A DNA stretch of 32,000 nucleotides from assembly GCA_015256915.3 (NCBI GenBank), contig CP076101.2:60001-92000 (forward strand). The letters run 5' to 3'. A program made the position numbers and the translations under genes. The number at the start of each line of letters is the position of its first letter. Positions within the stretch are counted from its first letter, which is position 1. Under the pieces are notes generated by a model. The model saw only the letters and a list, made by a program, of their open reading frames with translations. It did no database searches and had not been told where the DNA came from. This document shows positions 1 to 8,266 of this stretch, piece after piece. The stretch comes from Candidatus Saccharimonas sp. Lineage in GTDB: Bacteria > Patescibacteriota > Saccharimonadia > Saccharimonadales > Saccharimonadaceae.

Positions 1-417
1 ACAGGCGATCCTGAAGGTGAGATTTCGAAATGTGAGAATTTTGAAATTCCAACTTTTGAACATATTGAAAAAGAAATTAAAACTAACTTTTTAGGCAAAA
101 TTGAACAAACTCCACCAGCTTTTAGTGCAATCAAAATTGATGGTAAGCGTGCTTATGATTTGGCGCGAAAGGGCGAGGATTTTGAAATTCCTAAACGCAC
201 GGTTAAAGTTTTTAATTTCGAAATTTTAAGTTATGATTTTCCAAAACTAAAAGTTCGCACACATGTTTCAAGTGGAACTTACATTCGTTCGCTGGCAGAA
301 GATTTAGGTAAGAATTTGGGTTGTGGTGCGTTTTGTTCGCAACTTCGGCGCACAAAAATTGCTGATTTCAACATTTCGAAAGCTAAAAAGCTTGAAGATT
401 TTGGAATTTTAGATTAG
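1..417 (+). CDS. truB: tRNA pseudouridine(55) synthase TruB, C-terminal part (5' end upstream of window)
   Basis: Frame 1 is open from base 1 to TAG 415-417. The translation contains QTPPAFSAIKIDGKRAYDLARKGE and SSGTYIRSLAEDLG, typical TruB core motifs. The track ORF 160-417 is only the part after an internal Met. Confidence 0.85.
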   Translation, partial: TGDPEGEISKCENFEIPTFEHIEKEIKTNFLGKIEQTPPAFSAIKIDGKRAYDLARKGEDFEIPKRTVKVFNFEILSYDFPKLKVRTHVSSGTYIRSLAEDLGKNLGCGAFCSQLRRTKIADFNISKAKKLEDFGILD

Positions 418-441
418 TTTTTTGCTTATCCTGCCAAAAAA

Positions 442-450
442 TGATATAAT
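442..450 (+). promoter_or_regulatory. extended -10 promoter TGATATAAT, 7 nt upstream of the orn ATG (leaderless)
   Basis: TGnTATAAT match. No SD fits between it and ATG 458. Confidence 0.6.
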
Positions 451-457
451 TTAAATA

Positions 458-1006
458 ATGAAAAACGCAAAAATTCTTTGGATTGATTTAGAAATGACTG
501 GTCTTGAACCTAAAAAAGACCGAATTTTAGAAGTTGCCGCGATTGCAACAGATTGGGATTTTAATGAAATTGCCACTTTCGAAAGTGCCGTAAAAGTTGA
601 AAATGAAATTCTCGAAAGCCGAATGGTTGGCGATTTTTGGGATACTTTTAGCGAAACGCGCGATGCTTTAAAAATGCAAAATTCTCATGCTACTAAAAAT
701 TCACAAGAAGTTGAAGCGGACTTAATTAAATTTGTAGAAGAAAACTTTGCTGAAGAAATTTTGAAAGCCGAGAAAATTCTTTTGGGTGGAAATTCAATTC
801 ACCAAGATCGCCGATTTATTCGTGCAGAATGGAAAAGACTTGAAAAAATGTTGCATTATCGAATGCTGGATGTTTCGGCGTGGAAAGTTGTGATGAGTGC
901 TAAATTTAAACGTGTTTTTGCTAAGCCTGAAAATCACCGTGCGTTAGATGATATTCGTGGCTCGATTGAAGAATTGAAATTTTATTTAAAAAAGGTGAAA
1001 AAGTAA
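458..1006 (+). CDS. orn: oligoribonuclease (DEDDh 3'-5' exoribonuclease)
   Basis: Motifs WIDLEMTGL, GNSIHQDRRF and HRALDDIRGSIEEL. Length of about 180 aa is typical of Orn. Confidence 0.85.
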   Translation: MKNAKILWIDLEMTGLEPKKDRILEVAAIATDWDFNEIATFESAVKVENEILESRMVGDFWDTFSETRDALKMQNSHATKNSQEVEADLIKFVEENFAEEILKAEKILLGGNSIHQDRRFIRAEWKRLEKMLHYRMLDVSAWKVVMSAKFKRVFAKPENHRALDDIRGSIEELKFYLKKVKK

Positions 1007-1431
1007 TGGATCAGAGTGAAATTAAAGATTTTTTGCTGAATTTTGATGCGGCAGAAGTTCGGAAAGATGAAGAAAATAAACTTGAAATTTTCGAAGTTAA
1101 TTTTGATAAATTAGAAAAAATTTGGCAAGAAAAAATGGCTGGCGATCTTGGCGATTTTGAACGTGAAACTGGTGAAAAGATTCTTTCGAAAATTACAGAA
1201 GGTGAAGAGCCGAAAGCAATTTTTGCAATCATTCACGATGGTTCAAAACCTTTAAAAGTTGAAATGAAAACAGGCACGCAGCTTGCTAGGATTTTACGTG
1301 AAAAAGAAAGTGTAGTACCTTCGAAGTTGATGAGTGAGCGTGAGTGGAATTTGATTATTGGCCAAGGACAAGTTTCGGCTGAAGAATTGCGAGATTTGCT
1401 TCGCTTGAGTTATCGCTTGGTTTGCGAGTAA
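1006..1431 (+). CDS. hypothetical acidic protein, start overlaps the orn stop (TAATG)
   Basis: 141-aa ORF with SD-like AAGGTG upstream. No family recognised. Confidence 0.5.
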   Translation: MDQSEIKDFLLNFDAAEVRKDEENKLEIFEVNFDKLEKIWQEKMAGDLGDFERETGEKILSKITEGEEPKAIFAIIHDGSKPLKVEMKTGTQLARILREKESVVPSKLMSEREWNLIIGQGQVSAEELRDLLRLSYRLVCE

Positions 1432-1467
1432 AATGTATTTTGTAGTTTATCTTTTAGATAGGAATAG

Positions 1468-1490
1468 CCTTGCAAAAAGCGGGGTTTTTC
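1468..1490 (+). terminator. weak rho-independent terminator
   Basis: CCTTGC-aaaaa-GCGGGG stem (two G-U pairs) followed by TTTTT. Confidence 0.4.
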
Positions 1491-1511
1491 TTTGCGAAAA
1501 AAACTTTTTTG

Positions 1512-1520
1512 TGATATAAT
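1512..1520 (+). promoter_or_regulatory. extended -10 promoter TGATATAAT
   Basis: Lies inside the 5' extension of track ORF 1492-2499, 10 nt upstream of ATG 1531. Confidence 0.6.
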
Positions 1521-1530
1521 CATAAGTAAT

Positions 1531-2499
1531 ATGAAACCGAATGAAGATTGGAATCAGGGCGGCCAAAATCAAAATTTTGGTACACCAAATAATTATCCTC
1601 AAAATCCTTATCCGCCACAACAAAATTACGGTGGTTTTTCGAATAATTTTGCTCAAAATGGTCAATTCCCAAGCAATCAATTCCCGAATGAACAATTTTC
1701 GAATGGACAAAATCCACAGCAACAATTTGGCGGCCAAAATCAAAATTTTGGCGCACAACAGAATTTTCCGCAATATCCAAATAATTACCAAAATCAACAA
1801 CAATTTCCAGCTCCGCCGAATCAAACTGTTCAAAATCTGCAAGCTGCTCCAAATTTAATGCCAGATCAAAATTATTCGCAAGATACTACAACTGAGAACC
1901 CTTACACAGTTGAGTATCTCAATAAGATTGCACCTAAAAAAGCCGCTCCGTTTTGGACTAAGGGCAAAATTTTAGGTACTTCAGTGTTATTGATCTCGTT
2001 ATTTTTCTCAATTTTTATTATTGTAACTAGCAATAAAGGCGACGATAATACTCAGGCAGTAGTTCGTGCTTATTATAATATTTCGAAATTAAAGGAAACT
2101 GCAAAATCTTTTCAAAATAAGATTAAAAGTTCAGACTTAGCGGCCGTGAACGCAGGAATTAACACTTCACTTACTTCGAATGAACAGGATTTGAAAGAAT
2201 TTATGAAGAGCCGAAAGATCGAAGTTCCTCGTGGAGATTCAAAAAAGAATTCGCAAGCGATAAAACAAACTGATGCGATTTTTGATAAGTTTATTGCGAC
2301 GCTAGATGACGCTTTCTTGAACGCTACGATTGATGAAGTTTATTCCCGTGAAATGGCATATCAGTTAATTCGTGTAAAAGATTTAATTACACGACGTAAA
2401 AAAGCTTCGCCTTCTTCGCAAAGATCAGTGTATGAAAAAATTGAAAAAAATCTTGCAGAATCTTCAAAACAGCTTGAAAATTACCACAAAGCAAAATAA
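1531..2499 (+). CDS. membrane protein with Q/N/P/G/F-rich low-complexity N-terminus, one TM helix and a C-terminal domain of unknown function
   Basis: Start moved to ATG 1531 because the promoter sits inside the longer ORF. TM segment ILGTSVLLISLFFSIFIIVT. No family recognised. Confidence 0.6.
   Translation: MKPNEDWNQGGQNQNFGTPNNYPQNPYPPQQNYGGFSNNFAQNGQFPSNQFPNEQFSNGQNPQQQFGGQNQNFGAQQNFPQYPNNYQNQQQFPAPPNQTVQNLQAAPNLMPDQNYSQDTTTENPYTVEYLNKIAPKKAAPFWTKGKILGTSVLLISLFFSIFIIVTSNKGDDNTQAVVRAYYNISKLKETAKSFQNKIKSSDLAAVNAGINTSLTSNEQDLKEFMKSRKIEVPRGDSKKNSQAIKQTDAIFDKFIATLDDAFLNATIDEVYSREMAYQLIRVKDLITRRKKASPSSQRSVYEKIEKNLAESSKQLENYHKAK
1558..1751 (+). repeat. perfect 23-nt direct repeat GGCGGCCAAAATCAAAATTTTGG (1558-1580 and 1729-1751)
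   Basis: Read directly. Copies are 171 nt (57 codons) apart, in frame, each encoding GGQNQNFG. Confidence 0.9.
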
Positions 2500-2510
2500 T
2501 TTCCTGAAAC

Positions 2511-2547
2511 GCAGCCCAATTTTTTAATTGATGAGGGCTGCTTTTTA
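2511..2547 (+). terminator. rho-independent terminator
   Basis: GCAGCCC (2511-2517) pairs with GGGCTGC (2535-2541), followed by TTTTT. Confidence 0.75.
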
Positions 2548-2556
2548 TGTTAAAAT
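2548..2556 (+). promoter_or_regulatory. extended -10 promoter TGTTAAAAT, 6 nt upstream of the dnaG ATG (leaderless)
   Basis: Sequence match. No SD possible. Confidence 0.6.
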
Positions 2557-2562
2557 ATAGAC

Positions 2563-4299
2563 ATGAATGATGCCAGAGACGAAATTAAAGCAAGAATAAG
2601 CATTGAAGATTTGGCTGGCGAATATCTTGAGCTCAAGCGAACTGGGCGTAATTTTAAAGCACTTAGCCCCTGGACAAATGAACGAACTCCAAGTTTTATA
2701 ATTAGCCCCGATAAACAAATTTGGCACGATTTTTCATCTGGAAAAGGCGGTGACATCTTTGGTTTTATTATGGAAGTTGAAGGAATGAATTTCCGCGAGG
2801 CCTTGGAATTTCTGGCACGAAAAGCTGGCGTTGAAATTGAAACTTTTGATTCGAAGCGTTCAAGAGAAATTTCTGAAAAAAAAGAACGACTTCGAAAAAT
2901 TTTGCAAATTAGTGCAAATTTTTATCAGCATATGTTGGTTCGTAATAAAGAAGCTTTGAATTATGTTTTTAAAAATCGCAAACTTTCGAAAGAAATTGTG
3001 CAAGAGTTCAAAATTGGTTTTGCTCCAAATACTCAAAAAATGCTCACGAATTTTTTGCTAAAAAAAGGTTTTGCGATGAGCGATATTCGTGATGCTGGGT
3101 TGTTAAACCGATTTGGCGGCGATATTTTTCGAAATCGAATGGTGATTGCTTTGCAGGATTCTGGTGGGTCGCCAGTTGGTTTTACCGGTCGAATTATTAA
3201 AGATGAGCCAAATGCGCCAAAATATTTAAACACGCCTCAAACTTTGCTTTATGATAAATCCTCAAACATTTTTGGCCTTTCGCAAGCAAAAAATGAAATT
3301 CGAAAAGCTGGTTTTGTGGTTGTGGTTGAAGGAAATATGGATGTAATTTCGAGCCATCAAGCTGGTGTGAAAAATGTGGTTGCAACAGCTGGTACGGCAA
3401 TGACAGTTCATCATTTGAAGGCTCTTGGTAGGTTTTCGAATGATGTTCGCCTTTGCTTCGATAGTGATCAGGCTGGAATTAGCGCTACCGAGCGAGCGAT
3501 TTCATTGGGCCAGCAAGCTGGCGTGGAACTTTCGATTATTACCTTAAACCAATCGGCGGGTGAAGCTAAAGACCCAGATGAATTAATTCAAAAAGATTTG
3601 GAACTTTGGAAGGATTCAATTTCGAAACCACAACCAGCGATAGAATGGATTTTTGACCAATATGAAAAACGGCTAAATATTGCAACCGCCGTAGGGAAAA
3701 AGGAGTTTTCCACAATAGCACTAAAACTTGTGGAAAACTTAAATGACCCTGTGGAAAAAGATTTTTATATTGAACAAATTTCGAAAAGAATTGGCATTTC
3801 GAAAACAACATTACTCGGAAAATTTGACGAAAAGCCCAGGCCGGTTAAGCCGAAAAGGCGAATAAAAATTGAAAAAACTGATGAGAAGTTTGTTGATGAG
3901 TACATTTATGAAGATGATTTGCTAGCTCTTGCGATTAAAGAACAGAAGCTCGCCGAAATGTTGAGTGAGTTGCAAGATAATATTTTGCACGATAAACAGC
4001 GAAATCAAATTCTGCAAATTTTGAAATCAAATAATCTCGATCTCTTGAAAAACTTCGATGATTATGTTAAAATACTTCTATTAAAGGCTGACGAACGACT
4101 CGGAAATATAAAAGGCAGTGCCACCGACGAAATGAAGCGTTTGATTCATAAAATTAAAACCCAAAATTTACAAGAACGAAAAATAAATCTTCAAGAGCAA
4201 CTCGAAGAGGCTGAAATTCAAGGTGATGAAAATTTGAAAATGAAGATTTTGATAGAAATTATGCAATTAAATAAGGAGCTGAATAGTGGTAAAAGGTAA
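2563..4299 (+). CDS. dnaG: DNA primase DnaG
   Basis: N-terminal zinc-ribbon-like segment [28 protein letters not shown]-polymerase core GFTGR...[29 protein letters not shown]. Classical dnaG-rpoD linkage. Confidence 0.9.
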   Translation: MNDARDEIKARISIEDLAGEYLELKRTGRNFKALSPWTNERTPSFIISPDKQIWHDFSSGKGGDIFGFIMEVEGMNFREALEFLARKAGVEIETFDSKRSREISEKKERLRKILQISANFYQHMLVRNKEALNYVFKNRKLSKEIVQEFKIGFAPNTQKMLTNFLLKKGFAMSDIRDAGLLNRFGGDIFRNRMVIALQDSGGSPVGFTGRIIKDEPNAPKYLNTPQTLLYDKSSNIFGLSQAKNEIRKAGFVVVVEGNMDVISSHQAGVKNVVATAGTAMTVHHLKALGRFSNDVRLCFDSDQAGISATERAISLGQQAGVELSIITLNQSAGEAKDPDELIQKDLELWKDSISKPQPAIEWIFDQYEKRLNIATAVGKKEFSTIALKLVENLNDPVEKDFYIEQISKRIGISKTTLLGKFDEKPRPVKPKRRIKIEKTDEKFVDEYIYEDDLLALAIKEQKLAEMLSELQDNILHDKQRNQILQILKSNNLDLLKNFDDYVKILLLKADERLGNIKGSATDEMKRLIHKIKTQNLQERKINLQEQLEEAEIQGDENLKMKILIEIMQLNKELNSGKR

Positions 4300-5299
4300 G
4301 AGTAAAAAAGAACTACCAGAAGAAATTCTAAATGAAGACGGCATTGTGGATGCAACTCTTTCGCTTGATGATTTCGAACCAGATTTTGATGACCTTGCGG
4401 TTGAAGATGAAGAAGACATCACTGAAGAAGATTTATTGAACGGTGCTTATAACGATGATATAACAGATGATAGCGTTCGAATGTATCTTCGTGAAATTGG
4501 TAAGATTCCGCTCCTTTCACTCGAAAAAGAGACCGAGCTTGCTGAAAAAGCAATGCAGGGCGATCAACGTGCAAAAGATAAAATGGCTGAAGCAAATATG
4601 CGTTTGGTTGTTTCAATTGCGAAAAGATATTCTGGCCGTGGTTTGGAGCTACTTGACTTAATTCAAGAAGGGAACACGGGGCTTCTTCGTGCGGTCGATA
4701 AATTCGACCCAAGTAAAGGTTTTAAATTCTCAACTTATGCAACTTGGTGGATTCGGCAGGCAATTACACGCGCAATTGCCGACCAAGCTCGGACTATTCG
4801 AATTCCTGTTCATATGGTTGAAACGATTAATAAACTTATGCGAACTTCTCGCCGATTAACGCAAGAGCTAAATCGTGAGCCAACCAACCAAGAACTCGCT
4901 AAAGAAATGGATATGGATGTTGAAAAAATTGAATACATCCAAAAAATTAAGCAAGATATTACTTCTTTAGATGCTGGAATTGGTCGTGATGGCGAGGAAG
5001 GCGAAGAATCAACACTTGGTGATTTTATCGAAGATGAAGATACTGCTAGCCCAGAAGAATCCGCAACGGTTCAACTTTTGAAAGAACAAGTTCGTGAAAT
5101 TCTTTCAACGCTTTCTGATCGTGAGCGGAAAATTCTTGAAATGCGTTTTGGTTTAAATGGTACAAAAAGTCATACGCTTGAAGAAGTTGGTCTTGAATTC
5201 GCAGTGACTCGCGAGCGGATTCGCCAGATTGAAGCTAAAGCTTTAATGAAGCTTAAAAAGCATAAAGATTCGAAAAAGCTTCATGAATATTTGGACTAA
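4286..5299 (+). CDS. rpoD: primary-type sigma-70 factor
   Basis: GTG start with AAGGAG 7 nt upstream, overlapping the dnaG end. Region 2 [27 protein letters not shown]. Region 4.2 [24 protein letters not shown]. Confidence 0.9.
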   Translation: MVKGKSKKELPEEILNEDGIVDATLSLDDFEPDFDDLAVEDEEDITEEDLLNGAYNDDITDDSVRMYLREIGKIPLLSLEKETELAEKAMQGDQRAKDKMAEANMRLVVSIAKRYSGRGLELLDLIQEGNTGLLRAVDKFDPSKGFKFSTYATWWIRQAITRAIADQARTIRIPVHMVETINKLMRTSRRLTQELNREPTNQELAKEMDMDVEKIEYIQKIKQDITSLDAGIGRDGEEGEESTLGDFIEDEDTASPEESATVQLLKEQVREILSTLSDRERKILEMRFGLNGTKSHTLEEVGLEFAVTRERIRQIEAKALMKLKKHKDSKKLHEYLD

Positions 5300-5320
5300 A
5301 CATGGTGGGGAAAGGTTAAG

Positions 5321-5965
5321 ATGAAAGAAAAAATTATACGAATTGCACCAATTTTATTGATTATTGCGATTGCAATTCTTTCAATTATTACAGTTGTAAC
5401 AATTGTTAATGCATTTATGAATGGTGGAAATGGCTCAGATCAAGCCCAACAGGCAAACAATGAAACTTCGAAAGAAGATAATTCGCCTTCAAGTAAAGAA
5501 TTGTTAAGTGCTGACCAGAATCGCAGCGTTAAAATGGTGGTCCGTGGGCCTATTGTTGCACAAGAGAATTTTCGTTCTTACACGGTTGAGGTTTCACCAA
5601 AATTTCGAAAACTCACAACTTACAAAGGTTATCTTGGTGAAGTAATTAAAGAGGTTAAGCTTGATAATAATGCCGAATCTTATACGCAATTCGTAAATGC
5701 TTTAAATAAAGCGAATATGATGAAAGGAACTCCTTTTAGCGGTGAGGCAGATGATTTAGCTGGCGTTTGTGCTACTGGCCATCTTTATGATTTCTCGATG
5801 CTAAAAGATGATAAAACTGAAAAACACCTCTGGACTTCAACTTGCTCAGGCTCAAAAGGTTCACTTATTGCAAATACAAGACAATTGCAAAATTTGTTCA
5901 TTGCGCAAGTTCCTGGACATGAGCAAATAGTTCGCGATCTTGGGATAAATGAAATTAAACGCTAA
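5321..5965 (+). CDS. hypothetical N-terminally membrane-anchored protein
   Basis: 214-aa ORF with TM helix IAPILLIIAIAILSIITVVTIV. No family recognised. Confidence 0.55.
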   Translation: MKEKIIRIAPILLIIAIAILSIITVVTIVNAFMNGGNGSDQAQQANNETSKEDNSPSSKELLSADQNRSVKMVVRGPIVAQENFRSYTVEVSPKFRKLTTYKGYLGEVIKEVKLDNNAESYTQFVNALNKANMMKGTPFSGEADDLAGVCATGHLYDFSMLKDDKTEKHLWTSTCSGSKGSLIANTRQLQNLFIAQVPGHEQIVRDLGINEIKR

Positions 5966-6383
5966 AGTTTTGATTTTTGATTGCTTCGGGGTGCTGGTTT
6001 CTCGCCAGCCTTCTTCGGAGCATCTTTTTGAGTATATTTGGCAAAAGGATCAAAATTTGTTGAATTTTATTCGAAAAAATAAAGTTAAAGGTTCAAAAAT
6101 TGGCGTTTTATCTAATGTCGCACAATATCAATTTAATCAGCTTTTTTCGAAAGAGGAGCAGAAGGAGCTCTTTGATTTCTTGGTGCTCTCAGGTGGGGTT
6201 GGTTTTTCGAAGCCTTCAAAAGAGATTTTTGAAATTGCAATTGATAAAAGTGAGGCTTGTTTAAATGAAATTTATTTTTTTGATGATTCTTGGCAAAATG
6301 TTGAAGCTGCTAAGAAACTTGGAATAAACGCATTTTTATATCAAAATTGGAATGAATTTTCGAAAGAATTTAAGGAGGAATAA
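5949..6383 (+). CDS. small HAD-superfamily hydrolase-like protein
   Basis: Motif I-like LIFDCFGVL, motif II VLSN, Lys motif SKPSKEIF, motif IV FFDDS. Confidence 0.55.
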   Translation: MKLNAKVLIFDCFGVLVSRQPSSEHLFEYIWQKDQNLLNFIRKNKVKGSKIGVLSNVAQYQFNQLFSKEEQKELFDFLVLSGGVGFSKPSKEIFEIAIDKSEACLNEIYFFDDSWQNVEAAKKLGINAFLYQNWNEFSKEFKEE

Positions 6384-7264
6384 TGCCAGAATTACCAGAA
6401 GTTGAAACAGTTGTAAGAGGCTTGAATCGACTAATTTTAAAAAAGAAAATTGCGAAAGTTAAACACGATTGGCCTAAAAGTTTTCCGAATGCTGAAAGAG
6501 ATGTTCAGGATTTTATGATTGGTGCTGAAATTTCGAATGTTCGCCGCAGTGGAAAAGCTATAATTATTGAACTAGAGAATGGTTGGTCGCTTGTAACGCA
6601 CCTTCGAATGACAGGGCAAATGGTTTATCGTGGCGAAGAAAACTGGGGCGCAGGTCATCCAAATGAGGATTTTTTGAATGATCTTCCAAATAAATCAACA
6701 AGAGTTGAGATTGATTTTGAAGATGAAACTAAATTATTTTTTAATGACCAGCGAAAATTTGGCTATATGAAATTATTACCAATACCAGAAATTGAAAATT
6801 TGCCATTTTTTCAAAAGCTTGGTCCTGAACCTCTTGAAGATAATTTTACGGTTGAAATTTTAAAAAATCGTCTTTCGAAAAAACAAAATAGTATGATAAA
6901 GCCTGCGATTTTGGAGCAGAGTGTTATTGCTGGTGTTGGAAATATTTATGCTGATGAGGCCTTGTGGCGAGCAAAAATTCACCCTGAAACTAGAGTTAAA
7001 GATTTTTCGAACGAAGATTTTGTGAATTTGCATGAGTCGATTCGTTTTGTGATGAATGAATCAATTAAAAGAGGTGGCTCAACCGACCGAAATTATGTCA
7101 ATGCAGATGGCTCGCGCGGAAATTATTTAAATTATGCCGCCGTTTATCATAAAGATGGCGAGCCTTGTAAGCGCTGTGGAACAGAAATCTCAAAAATTCG
7201 TGTTGGTGGTAGAGGAACACATTTTTGCACAAATTGCCAAAAAATTAAAGGTAATGAAAACTGA
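6383..7264 (+). CDS. mutM: formamidopyrimidine-DNA glycosylase
   Basis: N-terminal MPELPEVE, H2TH region, C-terminal zinc finger CKRCGTEISKIRVGGRGTHFCTNCQ. Confidence 0.9.
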   Translation: MPELPEVETVVRGLNRLILKKKIAKVKHDWPKSFPNAERDVQDFMIGAEISNVRRSGKAIIIELENGWSLVTHLRMTGQMVYRGEENWGAGHPNEDFLNDLPNKSTRVEIDFEDETKLFFNDQRKFGYMKLLPIPEIENLPFFQKLGPEPLEDNFTVEILKNRLSKKQNSMIKPAILEQSVIAGVGNIYADEALWRAKIHPETRVKDFSNEDFVNLHESIRFVMNESIKRGGSTDRNYVNADGSRGNYLNYAAVYHKDGEPCKRCGTEISKIRVGGRGTHFCTNCQKIKGNEN

Positions 7265-8226
7265 TGATTGGTGGAAAAACAACAATTCTATATGGTGATA
7301 ACTCTTATGAACGCACTGCTCAACTCGCTAAAATGAAGATTGATGCTGAAAAATCTGGTTTTGAAATTCAGAAAAGTAACTCCGATGAGCTTTCGAAGAG
7401 TGATTTTGTAAATTTAATTTGTGGCGTTAGCTTGTTATCTGAAAAACGTTTTGTTTATATCCGAAATTTAAGCGAAAATTCAGAAATTTGGCAGAATTTA
7501 GCTGAAATTTTACCAAGAATTTCAACCGATGTTCATCTTTGCTTGGTTGAAGATAAAATTGATAAGCGATCGGTTGTTTATAAGGCCATTTCAAAAATTG
7601 TTGAATTATATGAATTTAAGAATTTAACCGCAAGAGATTCGAAAAATTTGGCAGAGTTTGCACGACTTTTTGCAAAAAAACAAGGTTTGTCGCTTGATAA
7701 TAAAACGGCGAATTTTTTGATTTCTTGGGTTGGTATTGATGAATGGCGAATACGTGATGCAATCGAAAAAATAGCGTTAATTGGTGAGGCTAGTGAACAA
7801 AATATTCGTGAATTTGTTCCGCAGAATATTGAGAGTAACGCATTTGCAATTATTGAAATGATGTTTTTGGGCGATATTTTGAAGTTGCAAGAAGAGTTTT
7901 CGAAATTAAAAATTACAGATAGCGAAGATGGAGCTTTTCGCTTTTTAGGAATGATTTCAACACAAATTTTTAATTTAGTAGCCTTAAAAATCGGTAAAAA
8001 TATTGGGAAAACTACGGCAGAAATTGCTAAAGAAATCGGTGCGAATACTTGGGCTTTAGGAAAAATGGAGAATTTTGTACAAAATCTGAGCGAAAGCCAA
8101 CTTGCTGAGATTGTTTCAAAATTTGCGCAGGTAGATGAAATTATTAAAACTGAAAGTGTTGATCCTTGGAATTTAGTTGAGTCAACAATTCTTGAAATTG
8201 CTAGCAAATTAAAGAGCCAAAAATAG
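7264..8226 (+). CDS. holA: DNA polymerase III delta subunit-like
   Basis: 320 aa. N-terminal LYGDNSYE...LSEKRFVYIRNL pattern typical of HolA. Weaker recognition than the other genes. Confidence 0.55.
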   Translation: MIGGKTTILYGDNSYERTAQLAKMKIDAEKSGFEIQKSNSDELSKSDFVNLICGVSLLSEKRFVYIRNLSENSEIWQNLAEILPRISTDVHLCLVEDKIDKRSVVYKAISKIVELYEFKNLTARDSKNLAEFARLFAKKQGLSLDNKTANFLISWVGIDEWRIRDAIEKIALIGEASEQNIREFVPQNIESNAFAIIEMMFLGDILKLQEEFSKLKITDSEDGAFRFLGMISTQIFNLVALKIGKNIGKTTAEIAKEIGANTWALGKMENFVQNLSESQLAEIVSKFAQVDEIIKTESVDPWNLVESTILEIASKLKSQK

Positions 8227-8246
8227 TTTTCGAAAAAACATTTTTA

Positions 8247-8255
8247 TGATATAAT
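8247..8255 (+). promoter_or_regulatory. extended -10 promoter TGATATAAT upstream of ftsK
   Basis: Sequence match. ATG 8267 lies 11 nt downstream. Confidence 0.55.
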
Positions 8256-8266
8256 ATAAATTGATT

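Noticed and set aside
1492-1530. Longer N-terminal extensions given by the track (1492, 8261, 12360, 26720)
   Set aside because: Each extension contains the promoter element itself (1512-1520, 8247-8255, 12398-12406), or bypasses a good SD plus ATG (26792). Family N-termini match the shorter forms.
1447-1858. Three overlapping track ORFs (1447-1842 -, 1520-1852 -, 1541-1858 +) over the Q/N-rich region
   Set aside because: The CAA/AAT-rich repetitive composition removes stop codons from several frames. Their products are low-complexity Ile/Leu/Lys or Phe/Asp strings, and only the 1531-2499 frame continues into a normal protein.
7578-8207. 209-aa antisense ORF inside holA, and similar antisense ORFs inside ftsK (8707-9129, 9255-9572, 9896-10252), ndk, pilB, the pilin genes and the GT2 gene
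   Set aside because: They lie fully within well-supported sense genes. They have no promoter or SD and give Ser/Phe/Ile-rich low-complexity products. This is typical of shadow ORFs in AT-rich DNA.
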